Shown here in pieces: positions 48,103 to 57,984 of a stretch of DNA of 64,000 nucleotides. Under the pieces are notes generated by a model that saw only the letters and a list, made by a program, of their open reading frames with translations, was not told the DNA's origin and made no database searches. Source of the DNA: Natronolimnobius baerhuensis (GTDB taxonomy: Archaea > Halobacteriota > Halobacteria > Halobacteriales > Natrialbaceae); the NCBI RefSeq assembly GCF_002177135.1, contig NZ_MWPH01000006.1:5955-69954 (forward strand), written 5' to 3'. Each line of letters starts with the position of its first letter. The stretch's first letter is position 1. The translations under genes and the position numbers were made by a program.

Positions 48103-50801
48103 AAGTGGACCGACACGTCACGCTCTCGCTCATAGTCGTGTCAATACTGGTCGTCGGTGCATTAGCAGTGTCTCCCGCGGTACTGGGGCTCGTCGCTGCC
48201 GACGACGTGAGTCTGACCGTCGAAGACGACGAAGCCGGCGCGGCGACGTCACACACCTGGACGTTCGACGACGTCGACTACGAGGGCGAAGTGGAGACGA
48301 TCACCGTCGACTACCCAGTTGGAACGAGCTTCAATGGACTCGACAATGATGACGTGTCCGTCGCGATAACCCGGGACGGAGAGAGTGAACCCACGGATAT
48401 CAGCGTCAACGCCAACACCTACAGCGGCTCGCAGGCAACGTTCGATCTCAGTGGGATCTACAACACTGACATCGACGGCCCGGTGACCGTCGCGGTCGAC
48501 GGCCTCGAGAATCCGTCGGCTGGTGACCACGAGGCGACGCTTACGTTCGAGGGTGACGACACCGTGACCACCAACACAGTGTTTACCGTGACGGAGTCGG
48601 AAAACACGGAACCGACTGAGCCTGCCGAGGCAGATCTGACGCTCGATCCCGAACTGGAAGGGGCGGCGTCCACGCACACTTGGGCGTTCGACGATGTCGA
48701 TTACGACGGTGAAGTTGATTCGATCACCGTCGACTACCCCGACAGCACGAGTTTCGACGGACTCGACGACGATGACGTGTCCGTCGCGATAACCCGTGAC
48801 GGGGAACGCGAGCCAACTGAGATCGATGTCAACAGCGATACCTACGGCGGCTCGCAGGCGACGTTCGACCTCAGCGGGATCTACAACACCGACATCGACG
48901 GGACGGTGAGTATCGCGATCGATGGCATCGAGAATCCGCCGGCGGGTGACCACGAGGCGACGCTCACATTCGAGGGTGATGACACGGTCACCACAGAGAC
49001 CGCATTCACTGTCGCCGCCGATGGCGAGGACGGCGACAACACCGACGAGACGCTCGTTGCAGAGATCGTCGACACCGATGGTGACGTCCTCGAAAACACG
49101 GACATCGTCGTCGAACTCGAGGGTCCGAGCGAGGACGTGACGTTCGTAACGACCGACGCCGGTGGCGTCGCCGAGATCGACGTTCCCGAGGCGGGTACGT
49201 ACGACGTCACGATCACGAGTCAGGAGGCCGGTACTGTGACTGACACCGTGGACGTTTCGGGCACGACCGAGTCACTGTTTGCGCTCGAGTCGCCGGAAAC
49301 CGGTGCCATCGACGCACTGATCACCGACATGGATGGCGACACGCTCCCCGAAGGAACGTGGGTAACCCTAAGCGGCGGTGACGACTTCGGTGCCGACCGA
49401 ACCGGCCTGCTCGAGGTCGACGGGACGGTTTTGCTCGAGGGCATCGAGCCCGGAACGTACGATCTGTCCGCGACGACCAGCGCCAGCGGTGAGACTGATA
49501 CGACCACGGTGACGGTTTCGGCCAACGAGACGACTGCCACCGAACTGACCTACGGCGACGCGCCGACGAGTGCAACACTCGAGGGCACGGTCTCGACGCC
49601 GGACGGTGATGCGCTCGCTGACGAGACGGCCGTCGTCGAGTACGACGGTCCCGAATCGGGCGTCTCCATCGTTGATACCGATGCCGACGGCAACTTCGCA
49701 GTTCACCGCGTCGCGGCCGGAACTTACGAGGTGACGGTCACGGCAGCGGCGTACGATTCGAGCGACCCCGTACTGGTCGATGCCGAAGCGGGCGATACTG
49801 CCGAAGTCGCTCTGAACGATCCCGAGAGCGGTTCGATCGCTGGAACCGTTACCGATGCGGACGGCGAACCGCTCCCCGACGGAACGTGGGTCTCGTTCAG
49901 CGCGGACGGCTTCGAGACTGACAAAACCGTCCAGATCGACGACAATGGACAATTCCTGCTCGAGGGAATTGAGCCCGGAAGCTACGAGGTCACCGCCGAG
50001 ACGCTGGCCTTCGGTGAGACCGACGCGGTCACCGTCGATGTCACGGCCGACGAGACAGCTGGTGTCGCGTTCACGTACGCCCAGGATGACGCTGACGTGC
50101 CCGAAGACCGCGGCGAGGACGTTACAGAACTTCGCTTCCAGAGCGACACCGTCGACGAGGATGTCGTCATTCACGGCGACGTCGAGGGCGACGTCGTGCT
50201 TGCGGGCAACACCCAGATCGACGGCGAGATTCTGATTGCGGGCGATGTCGAGGGTGATGTCGTGGTTCGTGGTGCGTCCTCCGTCGACCGGATCCTTGTC
50301 GCGGGTGATGTCGACGGGGACATCCGACTGCTCGGTAGCGGAACCGTCGCCGGAAACGTTACCGTCGGCTCCGCAGAGACTGTCGCAGTTCGGGGCAACG
50401 CAGCGCTCGAGGGAACCCTCACTTCCGACGATATCGGTACCGTCGAGGTCGTCGGCTCCGGATCGGTCGGCGAAATCGCTATCGACGGTCCGGCGAGCAA
50501 TATCGAACTGACCGGTGGATCGACTGTGGGGAGCGTTACCGTTGCGGGTGATATCGATACGTTCGAAGCCCGTGGTGGCGCGACCGTCGACGGGTCAGTA
50601 ACTCTTGAAACGGCTGAGACGATTCGTCTCAGTGGTGGCATCACTGTCTTTGGAGATATCATCGCCGACGAAATCACCGAGACGCTTGATGCACCGTCCC
50701 GCCTTGTTGATGGCGAGATTCTAATCGAGGAGTCACCTGGCGATGGAGCGCCCAGTCACGGCTCAGCCAATAGAGCAGGGGTGATGGTTACCGCGTTCTG
50801 A
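48099..50801 (+). CDS. cell-surface protein with two ~180-aa tandem repeats, carboxypeptidase-regulatory-like domains and C-terminal right-handed beta-helix-like 'GDV(E/D)GD' repeats
   Basis: N-terminal TM/signal 'LSLIVVSILVVGALAVSPAVLG'. The repeat 'TSHTWTFDDVDYEGEVETITVDYP...ATLTFEGDDTVTT' occurs twice (48240-48600 and 48660-49020, ~85% identity). 'GDVEGDVVLAGNTQIDGEILIAGDVEGDVVVRG' bactofilin/beta-helix-like. ATGA overlap with the upstream gene at 48099-48102. The track ORF begins at 48069. Confidence 0.7.
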   Translation: MKVDRHVTLSLIVVSILVVGALAVSPAVLGLVAADDVSLTVEDDEAGAATSHTWTFDDVDYEGEVETITVDYPVGTSFNGLDNDDVSVAITRDGESEPTDISVNANTYSGSQATFDLSGIYNTDIDGPVTVAVDGLENPSAGDHEATLTFEGDDTVTTNTVFTVTESENTEPTEPAEADLTLDPELEGAASTHTWAFDDVDYDGEVDSITVDYPDSTSFDGLDDDDVSVAITRDGEREPTEIDVNSDTYGGSQATFDLSGIYNTDIDGTVSIAIDGIENPPAGDHEATLTFEGDDTVTTETAFTVAADGEDGDNTDETLVAEIVDTDGDVLENTDIVVELEGPSEDVTFVTTDAGGVAEIDVPEAGTYDVTITSQEAGTVTDTVDVSGTTESLFALESPETGAIDALITDMDGDTLPEGTWVTLSGGDDFGADRTGLLEVDGTVLLEGIEPGTYDLSATTSASGETDTTTVTVSANETTATELTYGDAPTSATLEGTVSTPDGDALADETAVVEYDGPESGVSIVDTDADGNFAVHRVAAGTYEVTVTAAAYDSSDPVLVDAEAGDTAEVALNDPESGSIAGTVTDADGEPLPDGTWVSFSADGFETDKTVQIDDNGQFLLEGIEPGSYEVTAETLAFGETDAVTVDVTADETAGVAFTYAQDDADVPEDRGEDVTELRFQSDTVDEDVVIHGDVEGDVVLAGNTQIDGEILIAGDVEGDVVVRGASSVDRILVAGDVDGDIRLLGSGTVAGNVTVGSAETVAVRGNAALEGTLTSDDIGTVEVVGSGSVGEIAIDGPASNIELTGGSTVGSVTVAGDIDTFEARGGATVDGSVTLETAETIRLSGGITVFGDIIADEITETLDAPSRLVDGEILIEESPGDGAPSHGSANRAGVMVTAF

Positions 50802-51151
50802 CCGCAGGAACGTGGGCATTCTCGATCTCGAGAGTCCTTTCGCATATTCCGAATACAAATACTATACCTTGTTTGAACGCATGATTTCACGGATGTGAGT
50901 CCTCGATGGCGCGTTCGATGTTGCGGACGGCAGATTTCATGACAAGTTCACGGAATTGCCCGAACCAAGTTCTCGACCAGAGCGTATCGCCGTATCTGCG
51001 TCGAAGGCCGAAAAACACCGATTCAGCGTTTGAACGCTGGTGATACGCTCAATCCTTGATTGAGCATGTCTGTCGCAAGTTGATGAGAACAGGTCGTCTG
51101 GAGGAGTTGTCCGAGCGGTTCTTGGAACCGTCTTTTTTCGAGTGCTGTAGA

Positions 51152-51712
51152 CTACATTGATTGACGACGAACGTCTGCAATTGCATCCGGCAGTTCGTCG
51201 ATATGTTCGATTGCAACTTTCAAAATTGCATCGTGAATCTCTCGCGTCTCCTCATCGCGGATTCCCATCCGACGAAGTTCGGGCGTCACCGTAATTCCAA
51301 GTTCGTCCTCGAGTTCGTTCCACGTCGAATCACGTGCGTACAGTGGCTTTTGTCGGACTTCACTGTACTCGAATGCCGGACCAGTCTCGGCTGCATCCGG
51401 TTCATCATCATTGGTGGTGTCAGTCTCGGTTTCACCCGTGACAGCTTCGGCATCTGTGACTGGGGCGGTCTCCTCCGAAGCCTCAGCACGCGATTCTGGT
51501 TCAGCATGGTGCATTGCCGGCGACTCCGAAGATGATTCCACAGGGGGTGAGACATCATCCGTCGATTCCGGTTCCGTGGATGTCGACGAATCCGCCACTG
51601 GTTCTGAAGCCGGTGTCTCAGTACCAGTCGGTGCACTTGAGTCAGTCTTACCCTCGATCTCGTCCGCGTCGTTCTCGTCACCAGCTTTGAGATCATCGAA
51701 CGGGTTGCTCAT
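51152..51712 (-). CDS. acidic protein translationally coupled to parA (candidate centromere-binding/ParB-analog)
   Basis: 186 aa with an extremely acidic N-terminal half and a basic/helical C-terminal 60 aa. ATGA overlap with parA at 51709-51712. Confidence 0.5.
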   Translation of the reverse strand: MSNPFDDLKAGDENDADEIEGKTDSSAPTGTETPASEPVADSSTSTEPESTDDVSPPVESSSESPAMHHAEPESRAEASEETAPVTDAEAVTGETETDTTNDDEPDAAETGPAFEYSEVRQKPLYARDSTWNELEDELGITVTPELRRMGIRDEETREIHDAILKVAIEHIDELPDAIADVRRQSM

Positions 51713-52629
51713 CGATTAATCCCTCCGGCCGCAACGATTTCGGCGAGTTCCTCGTAGTGTTCAATCTGGTCACTTTCGCTCTCGTAATCCTGCAACGGTT
51801 GGTTGTGCTGAAGCGACCGGGAGAGTGCCGACCGGTGCCGGATGCCCGGCTTCGGCGCAGTCATCTCACCGGAGTCAATCGACTCGAATTCGGATGCCGT
51901 GATTCGGGCGAACTCCGGCACCGCATCCTGGAGTGGCTGGCCAGGGTTGACCTCATAGGTTGCCGTGTTGAGATTCTCGAGGAGTTCCCGGTCTTCGGTC
52001 TGTTGATCGATCCGATCTGAGAGCTTGTTCGGGATCACCGCAAGGACGTCAACGTCGATATACTCGCGAGCCGGTTCGATCAATCGCTCCATCGTTCGCT
52101 TGTAGCCACCGATTGCACTCGAGCCAGGTTCGATTGGGATCATCACGTTGCCCGTCGCGACGAGTGCATTATTGTTCAACATGCCCGGATATGCCGGACA
52201 ATCAAAAACGATGTACTCGTACTCCTCCCCAAGCAGCGGATCGACAATGTTTGACTTGACTCGCGCCGACCCTTGCATCGCACCCGCGAGATCTTTCTCG
52301 ACATCCTCGAGCGTGTTCGAGGAGGGGAGGAGATCGAACTCGTAGTCAGTCGGTTGGATGAGATCGTGTGGTGTGGCATCCCCATCGAGAATCACGTCGC
52401 CGAGATTGACGTCTGCCTGATAGGCGTCGGTGAATCCGAGTCCGTTTGTCGCGTGCCCATTTGGATCGAGATCCGCGAACAGGACTCGCCCGCGTTCTGC
52501 GAGTTGGCGCGCGAGATTCATCGAGGTTGTTGATTTTCCGACACCGCCTTTCAAGATGACTACGCTTACAGCGCGTGGGGAAGTTGTTGCTGACATTGTT
52601 GGCGCTGCCCGCTTCGATTTAATAGGCAC
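51709..52629 (-). CDS. parA: ParA/Soj-family partition ATPase
   Basis: Deviant Walker A 'ILKGGVGKSTT', 'FADLDPNG' and 'VFDCPA' motifs. The start may be the internal 'MSATTSPR'. Confidence 0.85.
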   Translation of the reverse strand: MPIKSKRAAPTMSATTSPRAVSVVILKGGVGKSTTSMNLARQLAERGRVLFADLDPNGHATNGLGFTDAYQADVNLGDVILDGDATPHDLIQPTDYEFDLLPSSNTLEDVEKDLAGAMQGSARVKSNIVDPLLGEEYEYIVFDCPAYPGMLNNNALVATGNVMIPIEPGSSAIGGYKRTMERLIEPAREYIDVDVLAVIPNKLSDRIDQQTEDRELLENLNTATYEVNPGQPLQDAVPEFARITASEFESIDSGEMTAPKPGIRHRSALSRSLQHNQPLQDYESESDQIEHYEELAEIVAAGGINR

Positions 52630-52689
52630 CTATTGTACCATGAATGCCAGTCTTAGCGGACAGTACACACATATAATCAGTTCTACTTA

Positions 52690-53050
52690 GTTGTACCGCA
52701 GGTAGGCTCAGTAGGTGGCTTAGGTCCAATAGGTGAAATAGGTAACTCAGAAAAGGTAGGTGAGTTGAACGAGGCACCTATTGTAGCTAACTTGTGTAGA
52801 GAGAGTTAGCAGGTACAACAGCAAAGAGAGGTGCAATAGGCACCGTAGCTACAATAGAATAGGTAGCTGAGTTAGCTATTGCACCTAGAGAAGCGGATTG
52901 TGATGGAGTTACGTAGAAGAGAGGCTGGCTACGTAAGAGAAGAAACAATAGGTGGGCCAGGCGGGGAAGGTGAAATAGGTAGAATAGGGGAGATAGGTGG
53001 GTAAAAAGGAGAACCGAGAGAGACGGGAGACGGAATAGAACAGTTCGCGA
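52690..53050. repeat. iteron array of (A)ATAGGT(G) hexamers upstream of parA (candidate centromere/parS-like site)
   Basis: More than 15 copies of ATAGGT / AGGTAG in both orientations within ~360 bp, e.g. 'ccaataggtgaaataggtaac' and 'ggtgaaataggtagaataggggagataggtgggt'. Confidence 0.6.
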
Positions 53051-53178
53051 TCCCAGAGCACTTTGCACCCAGACAGCAAAGATATGAGGGTCTTTGTCGA
53101 AAGAGAGAGACAGCAAGAACGCTTCGAAGGTTGACCTCGAAATACTTTCCCCTCACCTGATCGAGACATACACACCGC

Positions 53179-53591
53179 ATTTCCGGTGAAAATGGTTGAG
53201 ACTGTGTTTGTCTTTTCTCCAAAGATGAACTCTTTTGAACTGCTTCTCCCCCTAGTTATATATAGCATGTGTGAGTAAAACTCATTAAGTTAATCACAAA
53301 CAAGAAAGAAGTAGCATCACTTCGTGTCCCCAGTTGAATTCATCCTTCACTCCTTCTCAAACGTCTATTCTTAGTATCTGTTTTTTGTTTGTCTCTGCTG
53401 TCGCACGATGTTTCCGGTGAAAATCAACCTCCGTTTCCCGTGAACACCACACTCTCTCGAATCCACTTTCACCGGAAACGTGGTGTGTGTGTCGGCGAAA
53501 CGTTCAAGAGATTTCACCGGAAACGTGGTGTGTCTTCAAAATGCGTACGACACTGCTCGGTGAGTATGTAGACACCGTATTTCCGGTGAGA
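53179..53591. repeat. five copies of dyad element TTTCACCGGAAA(C) (two with G-rich tail 'GTGGTGTGTG'); mini-ORB-like
   Basis: 53179-53190 (-), 53411-53422 (-), 53467-53491 (+, 'tttcaccggaaacgtggtgtgtgtg'), 53512-53534 (+), 53580-53590 (-). 'tttccggtgaaa' is the reverse complement of 'tttcaccggaaa'. Confidence 0.55.
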
Positions 53592-53615
53592 TGACGCGGG
53601 TTCGTCGTGGAGACA

Positions 53616-55541
53616 TCACGCCGAAGATGCCCAGGTCACACCACTAAATTCGAATCGTGCGCCGCCGGACGTTCTTTCCGTAACACGTACCGTCCAGCCG
53701 TGGGCGTCGGCGATTTGCTGAACGATTGTCAACCCAAATCCGGTCCCATCTGACCCAGTATACCCCGACTCAAAAAACATTTCTCGCTGGTCATTGGGGA
53801 GGCCCTCACCAGTGTCTTCGACGTAGAAGCCGCTTTTGTCAGCTGTAGTGACTTCACCAACACGAACAGTCACAGCGGAACCACCGTGTTCAATCGCGTT
53901 CCGAAACAGGTTCTCGAGGATATGCCGAACCCGACTTGGATCACAGCGAAGTGGCTTCTCGGTTTGGATCTCGAGTGTTGCAGCCTCGGTGTCTACGGTG
54001 TGCCAGCATTCTCGACTGAGTTCGTCAAGGCAGACGTCTGTGAGCTTATCGACGAGCTGTCCATTGCGGGCCAGCGTTAGCGTTTCGTCGACAATTGACT
54101 TCATTCGTGAGAGTGCCTGTTCAGCCTCTGTCAGTGAATGAGAGTCATAATTTTCCTGTGCGAGTTGCAGGTGGCCTTCCGCCACGTTGAGCGGATTTCG
54201 AAGGTCATGGGAAACGATTCGGGTAAACTCTTCGAGACGGTTGTTTTGATGTCGTAACTGCTGCTCACGCTCAAGTCGGTCCAGTGCACTTGTCGTGTGA
54301 CTGATGAGGAGTTCACCGAGTTCGAGATCGGTTTTATCGAATGCGTTAGGATCTTCTGAAACCGCCTGAAATACTCCGTGAGATCCAATTGGAATACTAA
54401 TCGCTGAGTGATACGGCCCCTCTGGCTTTGCCTCTGGATGCGCTGAAATGTCGTCAACGAGGATTGAGTCGCCAGTTCGGTACGTTTTTCCAGCAATTCC
54501 TTCATCGACTGGCATTGTAATTGCATGCACCTCCGGGATGTCTTCGGAAATTGCTGCTTTCGAAAGCATGCCATCCTCTTCGATGTCGATCACACTGAGA
54601 TCGAACTGAAGAAGTTCCTTACTGGCGTCGATACTCCGTTTACAGATTCCTTCGACCGTCTCATACGTATCGAGATCGACCGCAACGTTGTTGAGTGCAG
54701 TGAGGACTTGTTCTCGGTCTTTCCGCTCAGAGATGTCGGTTATTGCACCGACCATCACCGTTGGTGTATTCCCTTCGAGTACGAGTCTGCCACGCCACAG
54801 ACAGTCGATATACGACCCATCCTGGCGCTGCCAGCGACACTGCTCGGAGACGTATCCATGGTCGTCCTCGAGCGTTTCAAAGATGGCTGGATCACAAGCC
54901 AACATCGCATCGGTCTGGTCACGGATGGTCTCGCGATCATCTGGATGAACTCGCTCGAGCCACCACTCGAGGCCTGTTGTGACCTGTGTTTGGTGATAGC
55001 CGAACTCTTCGAACCCAGTTTCGAGCTGTAGTGTCTCCGTGGAGACGTTGTATGTAAAGAATGCATCTGTCGACGCGCGTGTCGCGAGTTCGTACCGGCG
55101 CTCGAGTTCAGTAATGCGTTTTTCCGCTTGGTAGGTTTCGACGGCGTGTTGGATTCGGTTGGAAAGCACTGAATACTGAAGCGTCTTGGTGTCTATATGC
55201 AGATACTCGGTGACACCAGCGCGAATCGATTCTGTTTCGAGATCGGTGCTATCCGCGCGTGTCAGTAGAAAAAACGGGATATCTAGATTGTGGGTTCGGA
55301 CAGTCCGCAATAACTCGAGTCCAGTCGTGCTGTCCAGCGTATTGGTACTGAGGACACAGTCGGCCGGGGTGTCCTTGATGACAGGTATTGCCTGCTCGAA
55401 ACTGGTTGCCATCTGTATCGAGAAGCTATCCGAATGGTGGGTGAGGCCAGTCTCAATCCGATCGAGAAATGCCGGATCATCATCGACCACAACGATTTTA
55501 ATTCGGTCTACTGACGTGTCACCCATACCCAACGATACCAC
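53616..55541 (-). CDS. hybrid sensor histidine kinase (N-terminal REC, PAS, GAF, HisKA, HATPase_c)
   Basis: REC 'IVVVDDDPAFL...' N-terminal. H-box 'SHDLRNPLN'. 'GFYVEDTGEGLP' and 'GTGFGLTIV' G-boxes. Confidence 0.8.
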   Translation of the reverse strand: MVSLGMGDTSVDRIKIVVVDDDPAFLDRIETGLTHHSDSFSIQMATSFEQAIPVIKDTPADCVLSTNTLDSTTGLELLRTVRTHNLDIPFFLLTRADSTDLETESIRAGVTEYLHIDTKTLQYSVLSNRIQHAVETYQAEKRITELERRYELATRASTDAFFTYNVSTETLQLETGFEEFGYHQTQVTTGLEWWLERVHPDDRETIRDQTDAMLACDPAIFETLEDDHGYVSEQCRWQRQDGSYIDCLWRGRLVLEGNTPTVMVGAITDISERKDREQVLTALNNVAVDLDTYETVEGICKRSIDASKELLQFDLSVIDIEEDGMLSKAAISEDIPEVHAITMPVDEGIAGKTYRTGDSILVDDISAHPEAKPEGPYHSAISIPIGSHGVFQAVSEDPNAFDKTDLELGELLISHTTSALDRLEREQQLRHQNNRLEEFTRIVSHDLRNPLNVAEGHLQLAQENYDSHSLTEAEQALSRMKSIVDETLTLARNGQLVDKLTDVCLDELSRECWHTVDTEAATLEIQTEKPLRCDPSRVRHILENLFRNAIEHGGSAVTVRVGEVTTADKSGFYVEDTGEGLPNDQREMFFESGYTGSDGTGFGLTIVQQIADAHGWTVRVTERTSGGARFEFSGVTWASSA

Positions 55542-55689
55542 AATATCTTATATATAGACACTGGTTATTTCCACACGTCACAGTGGAGAAATCGGATGCC
55601 CACATCGTCTCTCAGTTTGACCGGTTATTTGAATTGAACTGATACCAAGTGGCACTACTTTTATGACAATCGACGATAGTTGAATATTA

Positions 55690-56190
55690 TTGCCTAAAAT
55701 CACGTTTATCGGGGCCGGAAGTATGGTCTTCGCCAAGAATCTTGTTGGCGATATTCTCTCGTTCGAGGCACTCGTGGACTGTACACTCGCGCTCATGGAT
55801 ATCAACGAGCAGCGATTGGCACAGACGACTGCCGTCGCTGAGGCGATGGTCGAAAACGGCGATGTTGGGGCAACCATCGAGTCAACGACAGACCGACGCG
55901 ATGCACTCGAGGGAGCCGATTACGTCCTCAACATGATCAACGTCGGCAGGACGGAGCCGTTCGAGAACGAAATTCGCATTCCCGAGCGTTACGGTGTCGA
56001 ACAGGCAATCGGCGATACGCTCGGCCCGGGTGGCATTTTCAGGGGCCTGCGGGCGATCCCGACAATGCTCGAGATTGCCGCGGATATGGAGGCTGACCCG
56101 CCGAGGGCAAAACTCTCGCGGGTCGGGAACGCTGTTAGCCAGCCGACGTACCCAATTCCAAACTGCCCCATAAGAGCGTTCAACGCCTAA
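55690..56190 (+). pseudogene. glycoside hydrolase family 4 (alpha-glucosidase/galactosidase) N-terminal fragment truncated by IS6 insertion
   Basis: 'MPKITFIGAGSMVFAKNL...LMDINEQRL...TTDRRDALEGADYVLNMINVG...GIFRGLRAIPTMLEIAADME' is a GH4 NAD-binding N-terminus. Homology stops at ~56104 where IS6 sequence begins. Full-length GH4 is ~440 aa. Confidence 0.6.
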
Positions 56191-56349
56191 TTCAGCGAGA
56201 ATAGTTGTTGTCTCACGAAGCGAACATCCAGTCGCGTGGAGACGGACGGCGAACACCCTGGCGGGTGGCGCCGTCCGCTCACGCTCCCAAACTTCATCAA
56301 ATTCCGCCGCGTATGACTCGCTGAGCAGGTCTGCGAACTGCATGATCAA
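56110..56349 (-). mobile_element. IS6-family transposase N-terminal fragment
   Basis: 'MQFADLLSESYAAEFDEVWERERTAPPARVFAVRLHATGCSLRETTTILAELGVERSYGAVWNWVRRLA' is collinear with residues 1-70 of the intact transposase at 57122-57775. Confidence 0.55.
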
Positions 56350-56724
56350 ACCAACTCTACGACCTGCTCACTTCTCAAACCACGCTAACTAGGCGGTGCC
56401 GGGCAGCCTTTTCGACCAGTCATGACCCGTTTTCGACAGAGATTGTCGCGTCTCCGTGAACGTTTTCACCGGCATTCGCAACAACACGTTTTCGGGATCT
56501 ACCACCGCTACAAACGAGATCAGAGAGAAGTTAGCTCGATTTGAGACCGTTATATCTGAATCGGCTGGTGTAGTTCACCGATGACCAGTGATATTCAGCA
56601 AACGACGGCTCTTTATGCAAAATCTCGCGGAGAGTACGAGCACTATGGCTCGCCGCAAGTGGACTGGGTTGCCAGGAATCCCCCCTCTGACTATGTTCTC
56701 GTCGGAGGGTGACCCAAGACGCGC

Positions 56725-57102
56725 ATGATTCAGTTCGAACAGGAGTTGACGGCGCTACTCATGCATGGATATGGATACAACTCTACTCGAGGTGGCGATT
56801 ATACGGAACTGAATCTCCACTGTTCGCCCCCACATGATCCGACCGATACCACTCCAGAATTAGCCAATGCACTAGCCACGGTGGACCATGATGAACTGTC
56901 GAAGTTTGGCGAGGCGTTACTGAACGGGGACGTAGAAAACAAAATCACAGAGGATACTCCCCGGCTTGTCCGACGTAACTCGCTAAAAGAAGGGCGCGTA
57001 GGTCGCACCAGCTCTTGCTCTATAGCGACACCAATGGAGCAGAGAAAGACGCCCGTCGCGAACTTGAGGACCGGCTCGGCGACGACGGTCGTGTTTAGTT
57101 AA
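56725..57102 (+). CDS. hypothetical protein between IS copies
   Basis: 125-aa ORF. No motifs. Confidence 0.25.
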   Translation: MIQFEQELTALLMHGYGYNSTRGGDYTELNLHCSPPHDPTDTTPELANALATVDHDELSKFGEALLNGDVENKITEDTPRLVRRNSLKEGRVGRTSSCSIATPMEQRKTPVANLRTGSATTVVFS

Positions 57103-57783
57103 CGCTGAAGGATGAGACGAGGTGATTTTCAGCTGGTCTATGGCGAAAACCGTTCGTCTCAGTGGTCGTAGCGACTGGATTGAATTAGACTTTGTGGAGC
57201 GAGAGCGGACACCGCGCCAGCTGATGAAGCTCGGTATTCGGCTACATCTTGCGGGATTATCGCCTTCGAATACCGTTCGAGAATTAGAGAAGTTCGGTGT
57301 CGAACGGTCGCGGAAAGCTGTTCACGACTGGGTACAGAAAGCAGATCTACAGCCAGCCAGCAACGCGAGTCCGGATCACGTTGCGCTCGACAAGACGGTG
57401 ATCCGAATCAACGGCCAACAGTTCTGGCTGTATGCTGCGGTCGATCCCGACACAAACGATTTCCTGCACGCAAGGCTGTTTACAACGACTACGACGGCAT
57501 TAACACAGCGGTTCCTGCAAGAACTTTGTGAGAAACACGACGTCGATGACGCCGTGTTTCTCGTCGATCATGCCCATCATCTAGCGACAGCACTCCAGCG
57601 AATCGGGCTCCGATTTCGACTCGAACGACACGGAAATTGGAACGCTATCGAACGTGTCTTTCGAGAGGTAAAACGACGAACCTCCTTGTTCAGTAATAGC
57701 TTCGGCCACGTCGATCCATCAACCGCCGAAACGTGGTTACAAGCCTTCGCCGTCTGGTGGAATTCGCGTAACTAAACACGATG
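57089..57783 (+). mobile_element. IS6-family insertion sequence (ISH-type) with imperfect ~17-bp terminal inverted repeats
   Basis: Left 'tcgtgtttagttaacgc' (57089-57105) and right 'gcgtaactaaacacga' (57768-57783), one indel apart. They enclose a single 217-aa transposase. Confidence 0.7.
57122..57775 (+). CDS. IS6-family DDE transposase
   Basis: 217 aa. N-terminal HTH 'LGIRLHLAGLS...TVRELEKFGVERSRKAVHDWV'. DDE region 'WLYAAVDPDTNDFLHARLF...AVFLVDHAHHL...ERVFREVKRR'. Confidence 0.85.
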   Translation: MIFSWSMAKTVRLSGRSDWIELDFVERERTPRQLMKLGIRLHLAGLSPSNTVRELEKFGVERSRKAVHDWVQKADLQPASNASPDHVALDKTVIRINGQQFWLYAAVDPDTNDFLHARLFTTTTTALTQRFLQELCEKHDVDDAVFLVDHAHHLATALQRIGLRFRLERHGNWNAIERVFREVKRRTSLFSNSFGHVDPSTAETWLQAFAVWWNSRN

Positions 57784-57984
57784 CTTGTGGCCCAGATAAA
57801 CTATATTTGATATACGAGTGTACGTCTGTAAATTTGGTGTTGATGATATTGTCTAGCCCGAGCGTTGCGTTGTTCCACAGAGACAATTGCAGATCCTTCA
57901 CCATGGTATCTCGGTGGCAGCCAGCGTCGGATCGAATGCCACGATCTACGGGATCGATTATACGGAATCGGCTGCTCACTCTCG

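Noticed and set aside
48249-48953. 234-aa minus-strand ORF overlapping the 5' tandem-repeat region of 48099-50801
   Set aside because: Antisense. The internal repetition mirrors the plus-strand repeats.
49368-50174. 268-aa minus-strand ORF inside the surface-protein gene
   Set aside because: Antisense artefact. The plus frame shows coherent tandem protein repeats.
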